From assembly GCA_036170495.1 (NCBI GenBank), contig JAVHPH010000252.1: 43,386 nt of DNA. One strand, 5' to 3'. The translations under genes and the position numbers were made by a program. Shown piece by piece: positions 21,004 through 33,098 of this stretch (position 1 is its first letter; each line of letters starts with the position of its first letter). This DNA comes from Azonexus sp. Lineage in GTDB: Bacteria; Pseudomonadota; Gammaproteobacteria; Burkholderiales; Rhodocyclaceae. The notes beneath the pieces were generated by a model. That model was given only the letters and a program-made list of their open reading frames with translations, had not been told where the DNA came from and searched no databases.

Positions 21004-21024
21004 TGTTGGCATACTATGCCAACA
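21004..21024. promoter_or_regulatory. Putative ParD autorepression operator
   Basis: Perfect inverted repeat TGTTGGCATA-c-TATGCCAACA about 25 bp upstream of parD. Confidence 0.7.
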
Positions 21025-21062
21025 CTTCGCCAGCGACAATACTACGGGCACAGAGGCCATAT

Positions 21063-21146
21063 TTTCCAAAATTGGCCGATTTTTCCGGTTGACCGTAGCA
21101 TTCCCCAAAAAGCAAAAAGGCGGCTGATTCAGCCACCTTTCCTTTG
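21063..21146. repeat. Right copy of the ~84-bp direct repeat (dispersed motif plus thiC terminator)
   Basis: tttccaaaattggccgatttttccggttgaccgtagc followed by the hairpin aaaaaggcggctgattcagccaccttt. Confidence 0.85.
21113..21146 (-). terminator. Intrinsic terminator downstream of thiC, potentially bidirectional
   Basis: Stem aaagg(c/t)ggctg...cagcc(a/g)ccttt flanked by A and T runs. Confidence 0.7.
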
Positions 21147-21167
21147 CTACGAGGCGCTTAGCGAAGC

Positions 21168-23270
<2,103 letters not shown>

Positions 23271-23343
23271 TCAAGAATTCTCGAAACCAGCCGAAATATC
23301 GTCGACAAGCGCCATAATCCATAGAGAAAACGGGGGAACCACC

Positions 23344-24810
23344 ATGCGCCTACTGATGATCGCCAGTCTGCTGGTCGCCCTGCCTTTCGGTGCTGCCGCC
23401 GCGCCCGCCTGGCAAACCATTTCAGCCGAACCGGGCAAGCGCATCGAACTCAACCGCACGAGCCTGAAACGCGATGGCAACATCGTTGAGGCGCAAGGTC
23501 GCGTCGTCCTCGAAAAGGAACTGGTGGATGGCCGTACCGGCGCCCCCTACCGCGTCATCGAGGCATTCACCCGCTATGACTGCACGACACGCAGCGCCAA
23601 CACGATCAAGCGCGTTTTCAAGAAGAATGAAAATGACATTGTCCGTGAAGAAAACATCAAAGGCGCCGACCTGCCGGTGCGCACCGGCACACTGGACGAC
23701 AAGGTGTTGCGTGAAGTCTGTCGCCCGCCCAAGGAGGGCGCCGCCGAGATTGCCCAGAAGGCCAATGAGGCAGCCGGCCAGCTGAAAGCCGCCAACGAGG
23801 CGATGCTCAAGAAGGAAATGGCCAAGGCCGAAAAGCCGGAGGCCGTGAAAGCCAGCGACGCCCCTCATGGCGCGGCTCCGCTGAAGGAAAGCGCGATTCC
23901 GTCGATCCGGCCGAACCTCAAGGCGGCCATGGAAAGCGCCAAGGAAGCGGCACCTCCCGCGCCACCACCGGCACCCGCGCCGGCCAAGGTCGCTGCGCCA
24001 AAATCAGCAACCGTCATCGTTCACACCAGCCAAGCCCCAACACCCAAGCCGAAAAAAGCGCCCAAACCTCAGAGCGCCCATCCCGAAGGCTACATGCTGG
24101 AACTGGCCCACAGCGAACCGGTTATCCAGCACGCACAGATCCACTGGGATTACGAAGGTGTCGGCGGCCCCGAAAACTGGTCGAAAATCGACCAGGACAA
24201 CAAGGTGTGTGCCATCGGCCAGCGGCAATCACCGATTGACATCAAGGATGGCATCAAGGTCGATCTGGAGCCGATCAAGTTCAATTACCAGCCGTCCACT
24301 TTCCGCATCATCGACAACGGCCACACCGTTCAGGTCGAAGTCGGCGAAAGCTCGATCTCCCTGACCGGCAAGACCTACGAACTGGTCCAGTTTCATTTCC
24401 ATCGGCCGTCGGAAGAAAAAGTAAACGGCCAGCGTTTCGACATGGTCGCCCACCTCGTGCACAAAGCCGACGATGGCCAGCTCGCCGTCGTCGCCGTGCT
24501 GCTCGAACGCGGCACGGAGAACCCGTTCATCCAGACCTTATGGAACAACCTGCCGCTGGAAAAAAACCTGCCGGTCGCCCCGCCGGAAACCGCCATCAAC
24601 CTCAACGCCCTGCTCCCGGCCTCACGCAATTACTACACCTACATGGGCTCGCTAACCACGCCACCGTGCTCTGAAGGCGTGCTGTGGCTGGTCATGAAGC
24701 AGCCCGTACAGGTTTCGGCTGACCAGATCAATATCTTCAGCCGGCTCTACAAAAACAACGCCCGGCCCATCCAGCCCTCCGGCGGCCGTCTGATCAAGGA
24801 AGGCCGTTGA
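23344..24810 (+). CDS. Exported alpha-carbonic anhydrase with a long N-terminal domain and a Pro/Ala/Lys linker
   Basis: Signal peptide; C-terminal HWDYEG, QSPIDI, NGHTVQ, QFHFH, AHLVH, GSLTTPPCSEGV and NARPIQ. Confidence 0.9.
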   Translation: MRLLMIASLLVALPFGAAAAPAWQTISAEPGKRIELNRTSLKRDGNIVEAQGRVVLEKELVDGRTGAPYRVIEAFTRYDCTTRSANTIKRVFKKNENDIVREENIKGADLPVRTGTLDDKVLREVCRPPKEGAAEIAQKANEAAGQLKAANEAMLKKEMAKAEKPEAVKASDAPHGAAPLKESAIPSIRPNLKAAMESAKEAAPPAPPPAPAPAKVAAPKSATVIVHTSQAPTPKPKKAPKPQSAHPEGYMLELAHSEPVIQHAQIHWDYEGVGGPENWSKIDQDNKVCAIGQRQSPIDIKDGIKVDLEPIKFNYQPSTFRIIDNGHTVQVEVGESSISLTGKTYELVQFHFHRPSEEKVNGQRFDMVAHLVHKADDGQLAVVAVLLERGTENPFIQTLWNNLPLEKNLPVAPPETAINLNALLPASRNYYTYMGSLTTPPCSEGVLWLVMKQPVQVSADQINIFSRLYKNNARPIQPSGGRLIKEGR

Positions 24811-24827
24811 CCGGCCGGCAGCCGCGA

Positions 24828-24863
24828 TGGTAACTTAATGACCGAAAAGTCATTAAGTTACCA
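24828..24863. promoter_or_regulatory. Putative TetR operator
   Basis: Perfect 15-bp inverted repeat TGGTAACTTAATGAC-N6-GTCATTAAGTTACCA ending at the base before the TetR ATG. Confidence 0.8.
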
Positions 24864-25508
24864 ATGTCCGCCACCCCCGCCCCCCGCAAGCGCCGCAAGG
24901 AAGCCCGCCCCTCCGAGCTACTCGAGGCCGCGCTTCATTTGTTCGTTGAAAAAGGCTTCACCGCGACCCGTCTGGAAGACGTCGCCGCACGCGCCGGCGT
25001 CTCAAAAGGGACGTTGTATCTTTATTACGAGAACAAGGATGCGCTGTTCAAGGCGGTGATTCAGGAAGGGATCATTCCGGTCATTGCCGAAAACGAGGCG
25101 ATCGCGGCCAAACATAGCGGGTGCAGTTTCGAATTGCTGGAGCTTCTGCTCCAAAACTGGTGGACAAAAATTGGCCAGACCGCTTTTGCCGGCATCCCCA
25201 AGCTTATCGTGGCCGAAGCACGTAACTTTCCCGAATTGGCTCGTTTTTATTACGAAAACGTCATCAGCCGTGGCCGCGCACTGGTTGCCAGCGCCCTGCG
25301 CCGCGGCATGGACAGCGGCGAATTCCGTACCATGGACGTCGAAACCACCGTCGACGTGGTTATCGCCCCCATTTTGATGCTGCTGATCTGGCGCTTTTCG
25401 ATGAACTGCTGTCAGAGCTGCGAGAGCGATCCGCAGACCTATTTGCGCATCCACATGGACCTGCTGCGCCAGGGTTTGCGCCAGCCGAAAAAAAAGAGTC
25501 AGGTATAA
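24864..25508 (+). CDS. TetR/AcrR-family regulator
   Basis: LLEAALHLFVEKGF..TRLEDVAARAGVSKGTLYLYY.NKDALF. Confidence 0.93.
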   Translation: MSATPAPRKRRKEARPSELLEAALHLFVEKGFTATRLEDVAARAGVSKGTLYLYYENKDALFKAVIQEGIIPVIAENEAIAAKHSGCSFELLELLLQNWWTKIGQTAFAGIPKLIVAEARNFPELARFYYENVISRGRALVASALRRGMDSGEFRTMDVETTVDVVIAPILMLLIWRFSMNCCQSCESDPQTYLRIHMDLLRQGLRQPKKKSQV

Positions 25509-25529
25509 TTTTAATTTGTCGGAATCAAT

Positions 25530-25549
25530 ATATTAGCTCATGCTAATAT
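25530..25549. promoter_or_regulatory. Palindromic operator-like site upstream of pcm
   Basis: ATATTAGC-tcat-GCTAATAT in an AT-rich gap; TATAAT at 25504-25509. Confidence 0.55.
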
Positions 25550-25570
25550 TCAGTCTGCGGAGACCCACCC

Positions 25571-26224
25571 ATGAACATCGAGCAAGCGCGCTTCAATATG
25601 ATCGAACAGCAGATCCGTCCCTGGGATGTTCTGGATCCGCAGGTTCTCGACCTTCTTTTCGTCGTCAAGCGCGAAGATTTCGCCCCGCCGGCCTATCGCA
25701 ACCTGGCTTTTGCCGACATGGAAATTCCGCTCGGTGATGGCCAGATGATGCTAGCCCCGAAGATCGAAGCCAAGATGCTGCAAGAGCTGGGCCTCAAGAA
25801 AACCGACAAGGTTCTTGAGATCGGCACCGGCAGCGGCTATATGGCCGCCCTGCTGGCCGCCCGCGCCGAACACATCGTCACCGTCGAATGTCGCCCGGCG
25901 CTGGTCGAGATGGCCAGGCAGAATCTCGAGCGAGCCGGCGTCACCAACGTCACGATTGAACTCGGCGACGGCGCCAACGGCTGGTCCCAGCGCGGACCTT
26001 ACGACGCCATCGTCGTTTCCGGCTCCCTTCCCGCCGTTCCTGACGCCCTGCTCAAACAGCTGCGCGTCGGGGGCCGTCTAGCCGTGATCGTCGGCGAAGC
26101 ACCGGTCATGGAAGCCCAGCTGATCACCTGCACGGCTGACGGCATCTACAACACGGTCAACCTGTTCGAGACGGTCATTCCCGCCCTCGACGGCTTCGCG
26201 GCCAAGGAAAGCTTCTCCTTCTGA
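25571..26224 (+). CDS. pcm: Protein-L-isoaspartate O-methyltransferase family protein
   Basis: ARFNMIEQQIRPW, VLEIGTGSGY, GPYDAI. Confidence 0.88.
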   Translation: MNIEQARFNMIEQQIRPWDVLDPQVLDLLFVVKREDFAPPAYRNLAFADMEIPLGDGQMMLAPKIEAKMLQELGLKKTDKVLEIGTGSGYMAALLAARAEHIVTVECRPALVEMARQNLERAGVTNVTIELGDGANGWSQRGPYDAIVVSGSLPAVPDALLKQLRVGGRLAVIVGEAPVMEAQLITCTADGIYNTVNLFETVIPALDGFAAKESFSF

Positions 26225-26547
26225 TGCAACAGGTTCGCGCCCAACAACTGGCTGAATGGCTGGCCGACGAGAGCCGGCCCAGCCCCGTTCTGCTCGATGT
26301 GCGCGAGCCATGGGAAATCGAGCTTTGCCAGATTGCCGGATCGCAGTGCATCCCCATGCATCTGGTGCCGATGCGGTGTGCCGAGATCAACCCCGAGCAG
26401 GACATCGTTGTCATCTGCCACCACGGCGGTCGCAGTATGCAGGTCGCCATGTTTCTCGAGCGCAAGGGCTACGCGGCGGTCTATAACCTGATGGGTGGCG
26501 TCGAGTCCTGGGCGGGTGAAGTCGATTCCAACATGCGTCGTTATTGA
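26224..26547 (+). CDS. Rhodanese-like sulfurtransferase
   Basis: LLDVREPWE, catalytic loop CHHGGRS, NLMGG. Confidence 0.9.
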   Translation: MQQVRAQQLAEWLADESRPSPVLLDVREPWEIELCQIAGSQCIPMHLVPMRCAEINPEQDIVVICHHGGRSMQVAMFLERKGYAAVYNLMGGVESWAGEVDSNMRRY

Positions 26548-26554
26548 GGTAGGC

Positions 26555-27880
26555 ATGAAAAAACTCGCTTGGCTGCTCGTCTCCCCGTTGTTGGCTTCGC
26601 CGCTGTTTGCTGCAGACCTCATCCAGGTTTATCGCGACGCGCAGGACAACGACCCGACCTTCGCCGCGGCTCGGGCAACGCTTGATGCCGGCCGCGAAAA
26701 AGCGCCGCAGGGCTTGGCCGGCCTGATGCCCAGCCTGACGCTGTCGGGCAACACGGTGTGGAACAAGAACGAGATTTCGACCCACAACGGCCCGACCCTG
26801 TCCAAGCCGCAATACAACTCCAACGGATACCAGCTGACGCTGTCACAGCCCCTGTTCCGCTGGCAGAACTGGGTGTCGTACGACCAGTCGAAAATGCAGG
26901 TAGCACAGGCCGAGGCCAATTTCGTGCAGGCTCGCCAGGATCTGATCCTGCGCGTCGCGCAAGCCTATTTCGACGCGCTCTACGCCATAGAGAACCTCAA
27001 GGCCGTGCGCGCCAACAAGACGGCCATCGCCCAGCAACTGGAATCCGCCAAGAAGAATTTCGAAGTCGGCACCGCGACCATCACCGACTCGCATGAAGCT
27101 CAGGCCCGCTACGATCTAGCTTCGGCACAGGAGATTGCCGCCGAAAGCGACTTCGAGGTGAAGCAACATGCCTTGCAGGCGATTATCGGCAAGACACCCG
27201 GCCCGCTGGCCACCACGCGCAAGGATGCCGAACTGACCATGCCGCAGCCGAGCGACATGAGCCAGTGGGTCGCTGCCGCCGAAAAGGACAGCATCACCGT
27301 GCAGGTCCAGCAGGCTGCAGCCGACATTGCCGCCCGCGAGGTGGACAAGCAACGCGCCGGCCATTACCCGACGCTTGATCTGGTCGCCAATCAGGGCCAC
27401 TCGAAAACCTTTGCCGCGGCTTACGGCCTGGCCGATACCGATTACACCAATGTCGGCCTGCAGCTCAATATTCCGCTGTTCCAGGGCGGCCTGACCGTTT
27501 CCCGCCAGCGCGAGGCTGCTGCCAACCGCACGGCGGCGCAGTCCGGCCTTGAGGCCGCGCGCCGTGGCGCTGCACTGTCGGCGCGCCAATATTATTTAGG
27601 TGTAACCAATGGACTGGCTCAGGTCAAGGCCTTGAAGGCCGCGTTGGTCTCCTCCCAGTCAGCCCTCGAATCGAACAAACTCGGCTATGAAGTCGGCGTG
27701 CGCATCAATATCGACGTACTGAACGCCGAAAATCAGGTTTACGTTACTCGCCGCGATCTGGCCAGGGCAACGCTCGACACGCTGCTGGCACAACTACGCT
27801 TGAAGGCGGCAACCGGTTCCTTGGGCGAGGAAGACGTCGCCCAGATCAACGCCCTGCTCGATCCGTCCAGCGCGCTATAA
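26555..27880 (+). CDS. tolC: TolC-family outer-membrane channel
   Basis: Signal peptide, QDLILRVAQAYFD, FEVGTATITD and GYEVGVRINIDVLNA. Confidence 0.92.
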   Translation: MKKLAWLLVSPLLASPLFAADLIQVYRDAQDNDPTFAAARATLDAGREKAPQGLAGLMPSLTLSGNTVWNKNEISTHNGPTLSKPQYNSNGYQLTLSQPLFRWQNWVSYDQSKMQVAQAEANFVQARQDLILRVAQAYFDALYAIENLKAVRANKTAIAQQLESAKKNFEVGTATITDSHEAQARYDLASAQEIAAESDFEVKQHALQAIIGKTPGPLATTRKDAELTMPQPSDMSQWVAAAEKDSITVQVQQAAADIAAREVDKQRAGHYPTLDLVANQGHSKTFAAAYGLADTDYTNVGLQLNIPLFQGGLTVSRQREAAANRTAAQSGLEAARRGAALSARQYYLGVTNGLAQVKALKAALVSSQSALESNKLGYEVGVRINIDVLNAENQVYVTRRDLARATLDTLLAQLRLKAATGSLGEEDVAQINALLDPSSAL

Positions 27881-29105
27881 GCGCCAGCATCCGCTGAGCC
27901 GCGCCCTGATGGGCGCGGGCGAACGTTCCCGCCGCTGTGCGCATTTCGGCCAATTTCATTTTTTGGCCAAAAATCCGGTTGACCGTAGCAGCGAGCATTT
28001 CCGGGCTATCGACGCGTAGCGCGGCACCGGCCGCGATGGCATCCTCGGTCGCCTGCTTGAAATTGAAAGTGTGCGGCCCGACAACGACCGGACAATCGCA
28101 AGCCGCCGCCTCGATGAGGTTCTGCCCGCCCAGCGGCAGCAAACTGCCACCGATGAAAGCCAGATCGGCCAGCGTGAAATAGGCCGCCATCTCGCCCATG
28201 CTGTCGCCGAGCCAGACCTGCGTGTCGGCCGCCGGCAGGGCCACGCTGCGCCGAACGCTGCGCAGCCCCTGCTGCTCGAGCAAAGCGGCCACTTCGTTGA
28301 AACGCTGCGGATGGCGCGGCACCAGCACAAGCAAGGCGTCGGGAATGGCAACCTTGCGCCACGCATCGAGCACTAGCGGCTCCTCGCCTTCGCGTGTGCT
28401 GGCCGCTAGCCAGACCGGCCGCTGGCCAATCGCCGCCCGCCATTCGTGGCCGAGGGCGAGTTTGTCAGCGGGCGGAGTGACATCGAATTTGAGATTGCCG
28501 CAGACCTCGACGGCGGTCGCACCCAATTCGGCGATCCGTTCGGCGTCACCCGCTGTTTGCGCAGCGACACCGGCCAGCGCCGAAAACGCCGGTCCGGCCA
28601 GCGCCGAAAATCGCCCGTAACCGCGGGCTGAGCGCACCGAAAGACGCGCGTTGGCGAGAAAAATCGGCACTTTGCGGCGCTTCCCGGCAGCCAGCAGATT
28701 AGGCCAGATTTCGGTTTCCATGAGCACGCCGAAGGCCGGAGAAAAATGGTGGAAGAAACGGTCGACCGCACCGGGATAATCGTAGGGCAGGTAGGCCTGA
28801 ATGACCTTGTCGCCGTAGACCTGCTGCCCGGCGTCGCGGCCGGTCGGCGTCATGCCGGTGAGCAGGATGCGATGTTCCGGCCAGCGCGCCTGCAGTCCTT
28901 CGATCAGCGGCTGGGCAGCGCGGGTTTCGCCGACCGAGACGGCGTGCACCCAGATCAGCTTGGCCGGCACTGGCTGGCGATAAAAACCGTAGCGCTCGCC
29001 GAGATGCTGGCGATATTCCGGTTGCTTGCGGCTGCGCCAGAGCAGGCGGAGCCAGATCAGCGGCGTGATCAGGTAAAGCAGCAGCGAATAGAAAAAACGC
29101 GCCAT
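27846..29105 (-). CDS. waaA: Kdo transferase
   Basis: IWVHAVSVGE, ETEIWPN, GNLKFD, VPRHPQRF, GGQNLIE. Confidence 0.95.
   Translation of the reverse strand: MARFFYSLLLYLITPLIWLRLLWRSRKQPEYRQHLGERYGFYRQPVPAKLIWVHAVSVGETRAAQPLIEGLQARWPEHRILLTGMTPTGRDAGQQVYGDKVIQAYLPYDYPGAVDRFFHHFSPAFGVLMETEIWPNLLAAGKRRKVPIFLANARLSVRSARGYGRFSALAGPAFSALAGVAAQTAGDAERIAELGATAVEVCGNLKFDVTPPADKLALGHEWRAAIGQRPVWLAASTREGEEPLVLDAWRKVAIPDALLVLVPRHPQRFNEVAALLEQQGLRSVRRSVALPAADTQVWLGDSMGEMAAYFTLADLAFIGGSLLPLGGQNLIEAAACDCPVVVGPHTFNFKQATEDAIAAGAALRVDSPEMLAATVNRIFGQKMKLAEMRTAAGTFARAHQGAAQRMLALIARWTDRAGR
27953..27989 (-). repeat. Dispersed motif copy, inside waaA
   Basis: atttcattttttggccaaaaatccggttgaccgtagc; encodes ATVNRIFGQKMK. 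Confidence 0.9.
28741..28771 (-). repeat. Weak motif copy, inside waaA
   Basis: gaaaaatggtggaagaaacggtcgaccgcac. Confidence 0.5.
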
Positions 29106-30058
29106 CAGGCCAGCGCCGACTGCAATTCGGCGAGGACGGCAGCTGGCAAAGGAATCTGCTCCTTGCCGCCCAGATTGCGGTGAAAGCCAACGCCGAGAAC
29201 GCCGGTCAGGCCGGGATCGGTCGCCGTGTAGAGCGCGACGGTCGGTACCTTGAGGGCGACGGCGAGATGAGTCAAACCGGTATCGACGCCGACGGCAGCG
29301 CGGCCGCCAGCGAGCAGGGCGGCCAGATCGGCGATGTTCATGGCCGGCGCCGCCACGGCACCGGGAATCCCCGCCACCAGACGACTCGCCCGTTCACGCT
29401 CGACCGGGCTGCCGCCGGGCAGAACCGCGCTGATCCCAAGCGAGTTCAGTTGTTGCCCCAAGGCCAACCAGTTCGCTTCCGGCCACAACTTGTCGTCGCG
29501 ACTGGTCGCGGTCAAGAAGACGACATAAGGCCGATGCGGCAGCCAGGCAAAACCGACCGGCACCGCCTCGATACCGTAATCGGGCTCGCCATCGGCTGAA
29601 TAACCCAGCCCGGCAGCGGCCAGCCGACGGTTGCGAACGACGGCGTGCAGTTCGCGGGAAACGCTGAATTTCCGGTCGTAGAATCGGGCTGCCATCGGCT
29701 CGCGGGCCGAACTGGCGTCATAGCCCAAGGTCGGACCATTGGCCTGACGGGCCATCAACGCGCTTTTGAGCAAGCCCTGGGTATCAACGACCGCGTCGTA
29801 AGGCCCAGCCTGCAGGGCGCGCCTGAATTCGGCGATCTCCCGCCAGGTGGCTGCCTTGAAAATATTTTTTCGCCAGCGCCGGACAGCGACCGGAATGATC
29901 TTGCCAACCCCGGGATGCAGGCGCGGAATAGCAGCGAAGTTTTCTTCCACACACCAGTCGACCGTCGCATCCGGAAAGTACCGCCGGATGTCGCTGACCA
30001 CCGGCAGGTTATGGATAACGTCGCCGAGCGAGGAAGTTTTCACGATCAGAATGCGCAT
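29105..30058 (-). CDS. waaC: LPS heptosyltransferase I
   Basis: ILIVKTSSLGDVIH, DTQGLLKSA, VGVDTGLTHLA. Confidence 0.93.
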   Translation of the reverse strand: MRILIVKTSSLGDVIHNLPVVSDIRRYFPDATVDWCVEENFAAIPRLHPGVGKIIPVAVRRWRKNIFKAATWREIAEFRRALQAGPYDAVVDTQGLLKSALMARQANGPTLGYDASSAREPMAARFYDRKFSVSRELHAVVRNRRLAAAGLGYSADGEPDYGIEAVPVGFAWLPHRPYVVFLTATSRDDKLWPEANWLALGQQLNSLGISAVLPGGSPVERERASRLVAGIPGAVAAPAMNIADLAALLAGGRAAVGVDTGLTHLAVALKVPTVALYTATDPGLTGVLGVGFHRNLGGKEQIPLPAAVLAELQSALA

Positions 30059-30213
30059 CGACGGATAAAATCACGACTTTCGAAGCGGCAATTATAAATG
30101 CCGGCACGCCTCAGCCGCCTTTGATTGCGCGCTTCCGGCTGAATATGCACCAGCGTCATAAATTCGATGCTGCACTGCGATAAAATCGAGCAACTTTTCT
30201 TCTGGGCAATTCC

Positions 30214-31221
30214 GTGAAAATTCTTGTTACCGGCGCCGCCGGATTCATCGGTTCAACCGCCTCACTGCGCCTGCTGGCGCGCGGCGACGAGGTGGTCGGT
30301 CTCGACAACCTGAACGATTACTATGAAGTCTCGCTCAAGGAAAACCGTCTCAAGCGCCTGACCTCGCACCCGAACTTCCGCTTCGTCAAGCTCGACGTGG
30401 CCGACCGCACCAGCATGGACAAACTCTTCGCCGACGAGAAGTTCGACAAGGTCATCCACCTGGCCGCCCAGGCCGGCGTTCGCTACTCGCTGCAAAATCC
30501 GCACGCCTACATCGACAGCAATATCGTCGGCTTCACCCACATTCTCGAAGGCTGCCGGCACAACAAAGTGCAGCACCTGGTTTACGCCTCCAGTTCGAGC
30601 GTCTACGGCGGCAACACCAGGATGCCGTTCTCCGAGCACGACAGTGTCGATCACCCGGTCAGCCTGTACGCCGCGACCAAGAAGGCCAACGAGCTGATGG
30701 CGCACACCTACAGCCACCTCTACGGCCTGCCGACCACCGGCCTGCGCTTCTTCACGGTCTATGGCCCGTGGGGCCGGCCGGACATGGCGCTTTTCCTGTT
30801 CACCAAGGCCATCCTCGAAGGCCGCCCCATCGATGTCTTCAATTTCGGTAACATGCAGCGCGACTTCACCTACGTCGACGACATCGTCGAGGGCGTCATC
30901 CGCGTGCTCGACAAGAATGCTGCGGTCAACCCGAAATATGATGCGATTTCCGCCGACCCGGCGACCAGCAACGCGCCGTACCGCGTCTTCAATATCGGCA
31001 ACAACAACCCGGTGCAGTTGCTCGACTTCATCGGCGCTATCGAAAACGCCCTCGGCCAGAAGGCTGAAAAGCGTCTGCTGCCTTTGCAGGATGGGGATGT
31101 TCCGGCCACCTATGCCAACACCGATCTGCTCAACGACTGGGTTGGCTTCGTCCCGGGCACGCCGGTCCAGGAAGGCGTCAATCGCTTCATCGCGTGGTAT
31201 CGCGATTACTACCAGGTTTAA
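30214..31221 (+). CDS. NAD-dependent epimerase, UDP-glucuronate 4-epimerase-like
   Basis: [33 protein letters not shown]. Confidence 0.92.
   Translation: MKILVTGAAGFIGSTASLRLLARGDEVVGLDNLNDYYEVSLKENRLKRLTSHPNFRFVKLDVADRTSMDKLFADEKFDKVIHLAAQAGVRYSLQNPHAYIDSNIVGFTHILEGCRHNKVQHLVYASSSSVYGGNTRMPFSEHDSVDHPVSLYAATKKANELMAHTYSHLYGLPTTGLRFFTVYGPWGRPDMALFLFTKAILEGRPIDVFNFGNMQRDFTYVDDIVEGVIRVLDKNAAVNPKYDAISADPATSNAPYRVFNIGNNNPVQLLDFIGAIENALGQKAEKRLLPLQDGDVPATYANTDLLNDWVGFVPGTPVQEGVNRFIAWYRDYYQV
30919..30950 (+). repeat. Weak motif copy, inside the epimerase gene
   Basis: gctgcggtcaacccgaaatatgatgcgatttc; encodes [10 protein letters not shown]. Confidence 0.5.
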
Positions 31222-31230
31222 GGATCAGCT

Positions 31231-33054
31231 ATGTGTGGCATCGTCGCGGCAGCAGCCGACAAGAATATCGTTCCGGTCCTCGTCGAAGGTCTGAAGAAGC
31301 TCGAATACCGAGGCTATGACTCGGCCGGACTGGCCGTCATCGCCGGCAACAGCATCGAGCGCGTCCGCTCGGTCGGCCGCGTTGCCGAACTGGAAACTGC
31401 CTCGGCCAACACCCTGGCCATCACCGGCATCGCCCACACCCGTTGGGCGACCCACGGCGTGCCCTGCGAACGCAACGCCCACCCGCACGTTTCCGGCAGC
31501 ATCGCCGTCGTGCACAACGGCATCATCGAAAACTACGAATCCCTGCGCAGCGAGCTGACCGCCCAAGGCTACGTGTTCACCTCCGACACCGACACCGAAA
31601 GCATCGCCCACCTCGTGCAGGCCACGCTGAAGACGGAGCCGGATCTGCTCAAGGCTGTGCAGCTCGCCTGCCAACGTCTGGTGGGTGCCTACGCCATCGC
31701 CGTCATCGACCACAATCAGCCCGGCAAGGTCATCGTCGCCCGCGAAGGCTCGCCGCTGCTGCTCGGTGTTTCCGATACCGGCAACTACGCCGCCTCCGAT
31801 GCCTCGGCCCTGCTGCAAGTGACGCGCAACATGGTCTATCTGGAAAACGGCGATATTGCCGAGTTGACCGCCAGCAACGTCAGGATCACCCGCCTCGACG
31901 GCACACCGGTCCAGCGTCCGGTGCATGTTTCCCAGCTGTCGGCCGCCGCCGTAGAGCTCGGCAACTACCAGCACTACATGCAGAAGGAAATCTTCGAGCA
32001 GCCCGAAGCACTGGCCAATACGCTGGAAATCGTCGGCGGCAGCAAAACCATCCAGCCCGGCATTTTCGGCGCCGAAGCCGGCAACTTGCTGGCCGATGTC
32101 GACTCGATCCTCATTCTCGCCTGCGGCACCAGCAGCCATTCCGGCTTCACCGCCCGCTATTGGCTGGAGCGCATCGCCGGCGTACCGTGCGCTGTCGAAA
32201 TCGCCAGCGAATACCGCTACCGCGTCTCGGTACCCAACCCGCGCCAGCTCATCGTCGCCATTTCCCAATCCGGCGAAACGGCCGACACGCTGGCCGCCCT
32301 GCGCCACGCCAAATCGCTCGGCCAGAGCAAGACACTGGCCATCTGCAACGTGCCGGAGTCGGCCATCGTCCGTGAATGCGCCCTGCGCTTCATCACCCGC
32401 GCCGGTCCGGAAATCGGCGTCGCCTCGACCAAGGCCTTCACCACCCAACTCGCCGCACTGTTCCTGCTGACGCTGGTTGCCGCCAAGGTCAAGGGTCGCC
32501 TGAGCGAAGAACAGGAAGCGACCTACATTCACCAACTGCGCCACCTGCCGGTCGCCGTCAACAAGGTGCTCGAGCTCGAAGACGAGATCAAAGCCTGGGC
32601 CCAGCGTTTTGCCGACAAGCATCACGCCCTTTTCCTCGGGCGCGGTCGGCACTATCCGATCGCCATGGAAGGCGCCCTCAAGCTCAAGGAAATTTCCTAC
32701 ATCCACGCCGAAGCCTATCCGGCCGGCGAGTTGAAGCACGGCCCACTGGCTTTGGTCGATGCCAACATGCCGGTCATTTCGGTCGCTCCGAACGACCAAC
32801 TGCTCGACAAGCTCAAATCGAATCTCAAGGAAGTCCAGGCACGGGGCGGCGAACTCTACGTTTTCGCCGATGCCGACTCTGAAATCCCGGAATCGGAAGG
32901 GGTGCACATCCTCCGCCTGCCAGAGCACTACGGCGAACTGTCGCCAATCCTCCACGTCATTCCGCTACAACTGCTGTCCTACCACGTCGCGCTGGTCAAG
33001 GGTACGGACGTCGATAAGCCGCGTAACTTGGCCAAATCGGTCACCGTCGAGTAG
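31231..33054 (+). CDS. glmS: Glutamine--fructose-6-phosphate transaminase
   Basis: [32 protein letters not shown] and C-terminal [11 protein letters not shown]. Confidence 0.98.
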   Translation: MCGIVAAAADKNIVPVLVEGLKKLEYRGYDSAGLAVIAGNSIERVRSVGRVAELETASANTLAITGIAHTRWATHGVPCERNAHPHVSGSIAVVHNGIIENYESLRSELTAQGYVFTSDTDTESIAHLVQATLKTEPDLLKAVQLACQRLVGAYAIAVIDHNQPGKVIVAREGSPLLLGVSDTGNYAASDASALLQVTRNMVYLENGDIAELTASNVRITRLDGTPVQRPVHVSQLSAAAVELGNYQHYMQKEIFEQPEALANTLEIVGGSKTIQPGIFGAEAGNLLADVDSILILACGTSSHSGFTARYWLERIAGVPCAVEIASEYRYRVSVPNPRQLIVAISQSGETADTLAALRHAKSLGQSKTLAICNVPESAIVRECALRFITRAGPEIGVASTKAFTTQLAALFLLTLVAAKVKGRLSEEQEATYIHQLRHLPVAVNKVLELEDEIKAWAQRFADKHHALFLGRGRHYPIAMEGALKLKEISYIHAEAYPAGELKHGPLALVDANMPVISVAPNDQLLDKLKSNLKEVQARGGELYVFADADSEIPESEGVHILRLPEHYGELSPILHVIPLQLLSYHVALVKGTDVDKPRNLAKSVTVE

Positions 33055-33060
33055 GCAGGC

Positions 33061-33097
33061 ATTTCAATTTTGGCCATTTTTTCCGGTTGACCGTAAC
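33061..33097 (-). repeat. Dispersed motif copy filling the glmS-apaH gap
   Basis: atttcaattttggccattttttccggttgaccgtaac. Confidence 0.92.
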
Positions 33098-33098
33098 A

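Noticed and set aside
26152-26162. CACGGTCAACC in pcm as a motif copy
   Set aside because: Core only, with no phased A/T tracts; explained by common Thr-Val-Asn codons.
27846-27880. 35-bp convergent overlap of tolC and waaA
   Set aside because: Short 3' overlaps are common, and there is no sign of a special function.
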